From Mycobacteriales bacterium (GTDB lineage Bacteria; Actinomycetota; Actinomycetes; BP-191): DNA of 64,000 nucleotides. Shown piece by piece: positions 57,383-64,000 of the stretch; the first letter of the stretch is position 1; every line of letters begins with the position of its first letter. The translations under genes were made by a program, and so were the position numbers. The DNA is taken from positions 9 to 64,008 of the forward strand of contig DATLOQ010000119.1 of NCBI GenBank assembly GCA_035536235.1, written 5' to 3'. A model generated the notes under the pieces. That model saw only the letters and a program-made list of their open reading frames with translations, had not been told where the DNA came from and did no database searches.

Positions 57383-58456
57383 GTGGAGAATCGGCCCATG
57401 GTTGTCGTCATGAGCACCGATGCGTCGAGCGCTGACATCGACGCCGTCGTCGCGGTGGTTCAGGCCGCGGGCGGTGACGCCTTCGTATCCCGAGGGGTGT
57501 CCCGCACGATCGTCGGCCTCGTCGGCGACATCGAGCACTTCTCGAGCCTCAACCTCGCCGCTCTGCCCAACGTCGTCGACGTCCTGCGCATCTCCCGGCC
57601 CTACAAGCTCGTCTCGCGGGAGAGCCACGCCGAACCGTCCACGGTCGTCGTCGGAGGCGTGCCGATCGGTCCGCAGCACTTCACCCTGATCGCCGGTCCC
57701 TGCGCAGTGGAGACAGCTGAGCAGACACTCGAAGCAGCGCAGATGGCGAAGCGGGCGGGGGCGCAGCTGCTGCGCGGTGGGGCCTTCAAGCCGCGCACAT
57801 CGCCGTACGCTTTCCAGGGCCTCGGGGAGGCCGGCCTGAAGATCCTCGCGGACGTGCGAGCCGAGACCGGGATGCCGGTGGTCACCGAGGTCGTCGACGC
57901 CGCCGACGTGCCGCTCGTCGCGTCCTACGCCGACATGCTCCAGGTCGGCACTCGCAACATGGCTAACTTCTCCCTCCTGCAAGCCGTCGGCGAGTGCGGC
58001 AAGCCAGTGCTGCTCAAACGCGGGCTCCAGGCGACACTGGAGGAGTGGTTGATGGCCGGCGAGTACATCGCCCAGCGCGGAAACCTCTCGATCGTCTTCT
58101 GTGAGCGCGGGATCCGGACGTTCGAGACCGCCACCCGCAATACCCTGGACATCTCGGCGGTGCCGATGCTGCACATGCTGAGCCACCTGCCGGTCATCGT
58201 CGACCCGTCTCACGCCGCTGGTCGGCGCGACCTGGTCGTGCCGCTCGCCCGGGCGGCCATGGCAGCCGGCGCGGACGGGGTGATCGTCGACTGCCACCCG
58301 CACCCCGAGGCGGCACTGTGCGACGGACCGCAGGCCCTGGTGGCCAGCGACCTCGCCGAGCTCGCCGAGGCAGCCCGCACCATTCCACCGCTCGTCGGTC
58401 GCACGTCAGCGAGCGGTGGGCGATTCGAGGGTGGCGACACCGAGCTCCGGTCGTAG
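57383..58456 (+). CDS. 3-deoxy-7-phosphoheptulonate (DAHP) synthase, type I-beta with an N-terminal regulatory domain.
   Basis: GGAFKPRTSPY, DVVTE...LQVGTRNM and IVDPSHA motifs of the AroG/KDO8PS I-beta family. Confidence 0.75.
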   Translation: MENRPMVVVMSTDASSADIDAVVAVVQAAGGDAFVSRGVSRTIVGLVGDIEHFSSLNLAALPNVVDVLRISRPYKLVSRESHAEPSTVVVGGVPIGPQHFTLIAGPCAVETAEQTLEAAQMAKRAGAQLLRGGAFKPRTSPYAFQGLGEAGLKILADVRAETGMPVVTEVVDAADVPLVASYADMLQVGTRNMANFSLLQAVGECGKPVLLKRGLQATLEEWLMAGEYIAQRGNLSIVFCERGIRTFETATRNTLDISAVPMLHMLSHLPVIVDPSHAAGRRDLVVPLARAAMAAGADGVIVDCHPHPEAALCDGPQALVASDLAELAEAARTIPPLVGRTSASGGRFEGGDTELRS

Positions 58457-58460
58457 GACG

Positions 58461-59741
58461 ATGCGGCTGGACGCGTCAGGAGGACCACCCGTGCGCAGCT
58501 CTGGTCGGCCGCTCATCAGCGCCGAGTCGTTCGAGGCCGTGGTCAGCGGCTATGCCGACCGGGTGCACGACGACGTACGCCGACTCGGAGCAACGCAGGC
58601 CGAGGCCGCCCAGATCGTCGAGATGAGCGCCCTCGACGTCCTCGACTCCGTCCATCGTGGCGAGTGCGCGGAAGTGAGCGCTGTCGTCGGGCAGTGGTTC
58701 AACCAGGCTCGCACGCTCGCCTGCCGCCTCGTCGAGGCCGACGACCAGCAGCGGCCACCTGACCCGGATGCGTCCTCGGAGGCCCCGGAGGGCCTGATCC
58801 GCGACACCGATCTGGACCTGGCCCTGCGACGCGGGCTGGCCGCCATGTCGTCACGGGACCGGGCCGCACTGCTGCTGCGAGACGCCTACGAGCTGCCCGA
58901 AGCCGCCACCGCCACGGCACTCGAGCTCGACATCGCCGCCACCCGCGCCCTCGTCACCCAGGCGCGTCGACACTTCGCTGAGGTCGTCGAGATGCGTACG
59001 CCGGCGGAGGTGCCGCTGCACCTGCGTGGGCTCGCCATCCTCGCGCTCCCGGACGGCGAACGCGACCTCATCCTCGACCGGGTGGCGGCCGCCGCGCAGT
59101 CTCGGCTGCCCTCCGACGGCGACCTGGCCACCCTCGCAGAAGTCGAGGACGACCCGGTATACGGCCCGTCGTGGGTCCTGGTGACCGTGAGCATCATCTG
59201 CGCCCTGCTCTTCGGCGCCTTGACCGGCATCGTGACCGCACCTGCCGGCCCGGGCTCGTTGAGCTCCGGCGGCAGCTTGCCGGAGCCGGTGACCCGATTC
59301 GACGTACGCGCCATCGACCCGGCCTTCCAGACCCCGACCAGCACCCCGGCCGCCACGCCGTCGCCATCCCTTTCGCCGTCAGCGCGCCCGACCCCGAGCC
59401 CGACCCCGAGCCCGACCCCGTCAGTCGCGGAGCCCAGTGCGAGCGCTAGCACTCCGCCGGCGGGTGCGGCGACGATCGCGCTGAGCCCGCAGCGCGGGCC
59501 CGACTGCACCATCGTGCGGGTGGTCGGCCGCAACTTCCCGCCGGGAGCTGCGGCCACCGTGACCTACCTGGACCTCACCGGACGGCCGACGGCCTCTGGC
59601 GGAGAGGGCGCGGTCGGGCCTGATGGCCGCTTCGAGGTGGAGTTCGCCGCCTGCGACCCCAGCCGGCTGCCCGGACCTCACCAGGTCATCGGAGCTGCGG
59701 GTGACCGAGAGGATCGCGCCACCTTCACCGCGACGGCGTGA
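58461..59741 (+). CDS. Membrane protein with an N-terminal sigma-70 region-4-like / ECF-sigma-like domain, one TM helix and a Pro/Ser/Thr-rich extracytoplasmic tail (anti-sigma-like fusion).
   Basis: Region-4-like HTH (RDRAALLLRDAYELPEAATATALELDIAATRALVTQARRHF), TM helix (WVLVTVSIICALLFGALTGIV), PTPSPTPSPTPS linker. Confidence 0.4.
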   Translation: MRLDASGGPPVRSSGRPLISAESFEAVVSGYADRVHDDVRRLGATQAEAAQIVEMSALDVLDSVHRGECAEVSAVVGQWFNQARTLACRLVEADDQQRPPDPDASSEAPEGLIRDTDLDLALRRGLAAMSSRDRAALLLRDAYELPEAATATALELDIAATRALVTQARRHFAEVVEMRTPAEVPLHLRGLAILALPDGERDLILDRVAAAAQSRLPSDGDLATLAEVEDDPVYGPSWVLVTVSIICALLFGALTGIVTAPAGPGSLSSGGSLPEPVTRFDVRAIDPAFQTPTSTPAATPSPSLSPSARPTPSPTPSPTPSVAEPSASASTPPAGAATIALSPQRGPDCTIVRVVGRNFPPGAAATVTYLDLTGRPTASGGEGAVGPDGRFEVEFAACDPSRLPGPHQVIGAAGDREDRATFTATA

Positions 59742-59840
59742 CCGCCGCAATGCGTCACCGCGACGGCGTGACCGCCGCACTACGTCACTGCGACGGCGTG
59801 ACCGCCGCACTACGTCACTGCGACGGCGTGACCGCCGCAC
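59731..59840. repeat. 30-bp tandem repeat (CGACGGCGTGACCGCCGCACTACGTCACTG), ~3.6 copies, spanning the stop of the upstream gene and the convergent intergenic space.
   Basis: Seen in sequence. Each unit re-encodes ...VTATA-stop in the frame of the upstream gene. Confidence 0.85.
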
Positions 59841-61206
59841 GGCGCTGCTGCAGCATCTCGGCCACGAGGAACGCCAGCTCGAGGCTCTGGCTCGTGTTCA
59901 GCCGCGGGTCGCAGGCCGTCTCGTAGCGGCTGGCCAGCTGGTGCGGCGCCACTTCTTCTGCCCCGCCCAGGCACTCGGTGACGTCTTCTCCGGTGAGCTC
60001 GACATGGATGCCGCCAGGCCAGGTGCCCAGCGCTGCGTGCACCTCGAAGAACCCGCGGCACTCATCGAGGATCGCGTCGAAGTGCCGCGTCTTGAAGGTG
60101 CCGGAGGAATACGTGTTGCCGTGCATCGGGTCACAGGCCCACACCACCGGATGCCCGGCGTCGCGGACCGCAGTGACCAGCGGCGGCAGCAGATCCCGCA
60201 CCCGCTCGGCGCCCATCCGGGAGATGAGCGTCAGCCGACCCGGGATGCGGCTCGGGTTCAGCGCGTCGGCCAGCGCGACAGCCTCCGCGCCGGTCGCCTC
60301 CGGACCGAGCTTGACCCCCAGCGGGTTGATGACGCCGCGCAGCAGGCCGACGTGGGCGCCGTCGATCCGCCGGGTCCGCTCCCCCAACCACAGCATGTGA
60401 CCCGAGCAGTCCACCCAGTCGCCGCTGGCGTCCTCCCGCCGGACCAGCGGCGCTTCGTAGTCGAGCAGCAGCGCCTCGTGCGAGGCGTACAGCTCCACCT
60501 CGTGCGCCATCTCAAAACGATCGAGGTCGATGCCGCAGGCCCGCATGAAGTCGAGTGCCTGCTCGATCGACGATGCCAGTGCCTCATAGCGCTGGCCGGC
60601 CGGACTGCGGCGGACGAAGTCCTGGTTCCACTCGTGCACCTTGCGCAGGTCCGCGAAGCCGCCGGTGGCGAAAGCCCGGACCAGGTTGAGCGTCGCTGCT
60701 GACTGGTGGTAGCTCTGCAGCAGCCGTCTGGGATCAGGCCGGCGCGCGTCTGGAGTGGCGGCGATGTCGTTGACTGCGTCGCCGCGGTAGGAGGGCAGCG
60801 GGACGCCATCGACCGCCTCGACGTCGGAGCTGCGTGGCTTGGCGAACTGCCCAGCGATCCGCCCCACCTTCACGACCGGCACCGCGGCGCCGTACGTCAG
60901 CACGATGGCCATCTGCAGCAGCGTCTTGAGCTTGTCCCTGATGCCATCAGCGGACAGCGCAGCGAACGTCTCGGCGCAGTCGCCGCCCTGCAGCAGGAAC
61001 GCCTCACCCCGGGCCACCGCCGCGAGCCGGCTCTGCAGGGTGCGGCACTCCCCGGCGAAGACGAGGGGCGGCATCCGGCGCAGCTCCGCTGTGGCGGTGC
61101 CGAGCGCGTCGGCGTCAGGCCACTGCGGCTGCTGCGCGGCGGGCAGCGCGCGCCAGGAGTCGTCGTACGTCGCAGTCACGACACTCAGCCTATGGCGGGC
61201 CGTCAC
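59815..61206 (-). CDS. aroG: Class II (plant/actinobacterial type) DAHP synthase.
   Basis: 463 aa with KPRS...GDCAE and class II motifs (matches the recalled M. tuberculosis AroG Rv2178c type). Confidence 0.8.
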   Translation of the reverse strand: MTARHRLSVVTATYDDSWRALPAAQQPQWPDADALGTATAELRRMPPLVFAGECRTLQSRLAAVARGEAFLLQGGDCAETFAALSADGIRDKLKTLLQMAIVLTYGAAVPVVKVGRIAGQFAKPRSSDVEAVDGVPLPSYRGDAVNDIAATPDARRPDPRRLLQSYHQSAATLNLVRAFATGGFADLRKVHEWNQDFVRRSPAGQRYEALASSIEQALDFMRACGIDLDRFEMAHEVELYASHEALLLDYEAPLVRREDASGDWVDCSGHMLWLGERTRRIDGAHVGLLRGVINPLGVKLGPEATGAEAVALADALNPSRIPGRLTLISRMGAERVRDLLPPLVTAVRDAGHPVVWACDPMHGNTYSSGTFKTRHFDAILDECRGFFEVHAALGTWPGGIHVELTGEDVTECLGGAEEVAPHQLASRYETACDPRLNTSQSLELAFLVAEMLQQRRAAVTPSQ

Positions 61207-61244
61207 CTGTCAGGTGGGGAGCGGCGTGCCCCAACGTGCCGAGC

Positions 61245-62273
61245 TCAGCCGAAGAAGACCTGCGCCTCGGCGTAGAGCTCCGGCGGCACGGTCTTGAGCG
61301 TGCCCACCGCGTCCGCCAGGGGGACCAGCTCGATGGCCGTGCCGCGCAGCGCGGTCATCGTTCCCCACGCCTGCTGCTGCACGGCGTCGATGGCACGCAG
61401 CCCGAACCTCGTGGCCAGCACCCGGTCGTACGCCGTCGGCGTACCGCCGCGCTGGATGTGCCCCAGCACCGTCGCGCGAGCGTCCTTGCCGGTGCGTCCG
61501 CGGATCTCCTCCTCCAGCCGCTGACCGATGCCGGCGAGGCGGACGTGACCGAAGGCGTCCGTCTCGCCCTCCTTCACCGCCATGGTGCCCTCCCGGGGCA
61601 GCGCCCCCTCTGCCACGACGACTATCGGGGCGTAGCGGGTCTGGAAGCGGTGCTCGATGTGCCGGCACACCTCCTCGATGTCGAAGGGCCGTTCTGGGAT
61701 GAGGATCACGTTGGCCCCGCCGGCCAGCCCGCTGTGCAGCGCGATCCACCCCGCGTGGCGGCCCATGACCTCGACGATCAGCACCCGGTGGTGGCTCTCA
61801 GCGGTCGTGTGCAGCCGGTCGATCGCGTCGGTCGCGATCTGCACCGCGGTGTCGAAGCCGAAGGTGTAGTCCGTGGCGTTGAGGTCGTTGTCGATCGTCT
61901 TCGGCACGCCGACGACGTGCACCCCCTCAGCATGCAGCTTGTCGGCCACGCCGAGGGTGTCCTCACCGCCGATCGCGATGAGCGCGTCGATGCCAATCTC
62001 ACTGAGCGTCGTCTTGATGCGCTCGACGCCGCCCTCGACCTTGAACGGGTTGGTTCGCGAGGAGCCGAGGATGGTCCCACCGCGCGGCAGGATGCCGCGT
62101 ACGTCGGGCACGCTGAGCTCGGTGTAGTCAGACTCCAGCGGCCCGCGCCAGCCATCGCGAAAACCGATGAAGTCGTGACCGAAGTCCTGCACGCCCTTGC
62201 GCACGACGGCGCGGATCACCGCGTTGAGGCCAGGGCAATCACCCCCGCCGGTCAAGACACCGATGCGGCTCAT
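61245..62273 (-). CDS. pfkA: 6-phosphofructokinase.
   Basis: MSRIGVLTGGGDCPGLNAVIRAVV...GGDGS-type motifs. Confidence 0.85.
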   Translation of the reverse strand: MSRIGVLTGGGDCPGLNAVIRAVVRKGVQDFGHDFIGFRDGWRGPLESDYTELSVPDVRGILPRGGTILGSSRTNPFKVEGGVERIKTTLSEIGIDALIAIGGEDTLGVADKLHAEGVHVVGVPKTIDNDLNATDYTFGFDTAVQIATDAIDRLHTTAESHHRVLIVEVMGRHAGWIALHSGLAGGANVILIPERPFDIEEVCRHIEHRFQTRYAPIVVVAEGALPREGTMAVKEGETDAFGHVRLAGIGQRLEEEIRGRTGKDARATVLGHIQRGGTPTAYDRVLATRFGLRAIDAVQQQAWGTMTALRGTAIELVPLADAVGTLKTVPPELYAEAQVFFG

Positions 62274-62322
62274 GACACCTCTTCCTCCGACGGCTCCGTC
62301 GTCTAGACGACGGCACCGTACG

Positions 62323-62751
62323 TCAGGAGACGGTCAGCGTGCCCTTCATCGTCGACGGGTGGATGGTGCAGACGTAGGTGAAGTCGCCGGCCTTGTCCGG
62401 AGTGAACGAGAACGACTTCGATTCGCCGTCCTTGAGCACCATCGTGTCCTCCGGCTTCACGCCGAAGTCCTGAAACTCGATGTTGTGCGGCACCGATCCG
62501 ACCTGGGTCAGCGTGCCCTCGACCTTCTCGCCGACCTTCGCGGACAGCGAGGCGGGCTCGAAGACGAGTGCCTCGGTGGCTTTGATCGCGAAGGTCGAAC
62601 TCCCCGCCGGCGCGCCGGCGCCCATGTCGTCTGGCTGGCTCGCGGAGCCCGAGCCGGTGCCTTCGGACCCAGCGTCATCCGAGCTGCCGCCACAGGCGAC
62701 AAGAGCAACGAGGGAAAGACTGACGGCGCCGAGGCGCACAAAGCGGGTCAC
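62323..62751 (-). CDS. Cupredoxin (plastocyanin/amicyanin-like blue-copper) lipoprotein.
   Basis: Lipobox (LVACGG) and copper ligands H...C..H....M (VPHNIEF...YVCTIHPSTM). Confidence 0.6.
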   Translation of the reverse strand: MTRFVRLGAVSLSLVALVACGGSSDDAGSEGTGSGSASQPDDMGAGAPAGSSTFAIKATEALVFEPASLSAKVGEKVEGTLTQVGSVPHNIEFQDFGVKPEDTMVLKDGESKSFSFTPDKAGDFTYVCTIHPSTMKGTLTVS

Positions 62752-62885
62752 GGGAGAGATCTCCTAAGAGGTGTGTTGTCCGGAGGCGCAAGATGCGTCC
62801 CTCAAGGTTCGATACTGCGCCTACTGCCGGATGTGCCCCGATCGGGCCCACTCAAGCCTGCACCCGAATCCGTCGACGGGACAAG

Positions 62886-64000
62886 GTGACGTCTGTTCGC
62901 CGCCCACTGTGCTCCCTCACGGCTGCCACGGCGGTCCTGGTGCTGACCGCTGGGCTGGCTCCATCGTCCGCTGCTACCGCGGGCCCCACCAACATGGGAC
63001 GCCCGCACTCTCGGCGTACGGCGGCCGGGCTCTCGCGCGCGGCCCCCGGCGCTTCGGCCACCGCTGAGCTGACCCGGCTGCGAGCTGAGCTCGCCGCAGC
63101 AGCGGCCGAGGCCGAGCAGCTGGCAGAGGACGTCTTCGTCGCCGCTGCCCGCTCGGCGCACCTGCGCCGGGCGATGGATGACCTCGCTGAGTCTCAGGAG
63201 GCCGCGCGCGACCATCTCGACGACCGCATCCGGTCTCTCTACATGCGGGGGCGCGCGGACCCGATCGCTGCGTTCATCGGTCGCCTCAACAACCCGGACT
63301 CGAGCTACCTGGCGCGGCGCAGTGGGCTCTCCGCCCTGCGTACCGATGCTGAGCTCGTCGCCGGGGTGACGGCGGAGTCGGCAGCGGCCGCGCACCTGCG
63401 TCGGCAAGCGGAGACGGTGCGGCAGGATCTGCTGGCCCGCGCCCAACCGGTGCTCGCGGCCCAGGACAGAGCCCGGACCCTCCTCGCCGCTGCCGAGGCC
63501 GCTGCCGAGGCCGCTGCGGCTTCTGCTGCTGCCGCTGATGCAGCGGCCGCGGCGGCAGCGAAGGCAGAGCTCGCCGCTCAGCGGACCAGCTTGGACGCGG
63601 TGTCTCGCTCGCTCTCAATGGCAGTGGCGCCAGCGGTCACCGCCCGCGGCCGCCGAGCTGCGGCCGCTGAGCGCCCGGTGGTCGCGCTGATCGAGAAGCA
63701 CTGCTGCGCCGCGCCACCGCCGGGCTTCCGCAGCACCGGCCGCACCATCACCGGCATCGCGTCGTGGTACGGACCGGGCTTCGTCGGCAACCCCACGGCC
63801 ACCGGTGCGCCGTACGACCCAGAGCGGCTGACCGCCGCCATGCTCGCGGTGCCGTTAGGCACCGTCGTGCGGGTCACCACCGACGACGGCCTCGCGGTCG
63901 TCGTCCTGGTCAACGACAGAGGCCCGTACGTCGACGGCCGGGTCATAGATCTCTCCCGCGCGGGGTCGCGCCTGCTCGGCTTCACCGGCGTCAAGAAGGT
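62886..64000 (+). CDS. RlpA-like (DPBB-domain) secreted protein with an Ala-rich coiled-coil linker. C-terminal end beyond the window.
   Basis: GTG start, signal peptide, and C-terminal GIASWYGPGFVGNPTATGAPYDPERLTAAMLAVPLGTVVRVT...VLVNDRGPY (RlpA double-psi beta-barrel). Absent from the ORF track because it is truncated by the window edge. Confidence 0.6.
   Translation, partial: MTSVRRPLCSLTAATAVLVLTAGLAPSSAATAGPTNMGRPHSRRTAAGLSRAAPGASATAELTRLRAELAAAAAEAEQLAEDVFVAAARSAHLRRAMDDLAESQEAARDHLDDRIRSLYMRGRADPIAAFIGRLNNPDSSYLARRSGLSALRTDAELVAGVTAESAAAAHLRRQAETVRQDLLARAQPVLAAQDRARTLLAAAEAAAEAAAASAAAADAAAAAAAKAELAAQRTSLDAVSRSLSMAVAPAVTARGRRAAAAERPVVALIEKHCCAAPPPGFRSTGRTITGIASWYGPGFVGNPTATGAPYDPERLTAAMLAVPLGTVVRVTTDDGLAVVVLVNDRGPYVDGRVIDLSRAGSRLLGFTGVKK

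Noticed and set aside
59421-59840. 139-aa minus-strand ORF with repeated RRSRRRSDVV units
   Set aside because: Translation of the 30-bp tandem repeat in the wrong strand; no start context, and it overlaps the supported plus-strand gene end.
59731-59840. Possible CRISPR array
   Set aside because: Repeats are directly adjacent with no unique spacers, only 3-4 copies, and no cas genes nearby. It is a simple tandem repeat.
1-64000. tRNA, rRNA, transposase, integrase or prophage genes
   Set aside because: None recognised on inspection of intergenic regions and the ORF track. Insertions in this window are not accompanied by identifiable mobility genes.

Overview
This 64 kb window is a high-GC (~72%) actinobacterial chromosomal segment, probably from a Nocardioides/Propionibacteriales-like organism, densely coded on both strands. 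The recognisable content, in order, is:
(1) a coproporphyrin-dependent heme-biosynthesis cluster (hemQ/chdC partial at the edge, cgoX/hemY, cpfC/hemH, hemE), interrupted by a secreted S15 peptidase, a UbiA-family prenyltransferase and an EamA transporter;
(2) an EamA transporter, a DUF3000 protein and a NarL-type two-component module made of a HisKA_3 kinase, a multi-TM GAF-like membrane protein and a divergent LuxR-family response regulator;
(3) RNase D, a GNAT acetyltransferase and fadA-fadB beta-oxidation genes;
(4) a secreted M64 peptidase and a SAV_6107-type HEPN protein;
(5) a dispersed carotenoid (likely monocyclic carotenoid glycoside) gene set: crtA-like, crtO/crtD-like desaturase-family genes, cruF, a cruC-like GT2, crtE/idsA, crtI, crtB and a crtYc-crtYd heterodimeric lycopene cyclase with a second GT2. 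These are interleaved with LPATG-anchored surface proteins, a penicillin-acylase-family gene, metF and an AbiEi/DUF559 gene that sits between inverted-repeat elements;
(6) a thiG-thiH-(Rv2175c-like)-thiS-thiE operon behind a TPP riboswitch;
(7) a block resembling the M. tuberculosis Rv2172c-Rv2178c neighbourhood (metF, idsA, Rv2175c-like, PASTA Ser/Thr kinase, LysM-SLT transglycosylase, endonuclease IV, two DAHP synthases of different classes), followed by pfkA, a cupredoxin lipoprotein and an RlpA-like gene.
Non-coding observations I consider worth follow-up: a perfect mycobacterial-type LexA SOS box (TCGAAC-N4-GTTCGA) between the HEPN gene and the crtA-like gene; a ~75 bp element present twice in opposite orientation ~51 kb apart (upstream of hemQ and of the LysM-SLT gene); a triple 15-bp repeat (two direct, one inverted) immediately upstream of hemH that can form mutually exclusive hairpins; paired 11-bp inverted repeats with a 60-nt spacer on both flanks of the AbiEi/DUF559 gene inside the crtI-crtB interval; and a 30-bp tandem repeat that reiterates the 3' end of a gene.
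No tRNA/rRNA, CRISPR array, transposase or integrase was recognised. All calls come from reading the sequence and the ORF track by eye; no searches were run.
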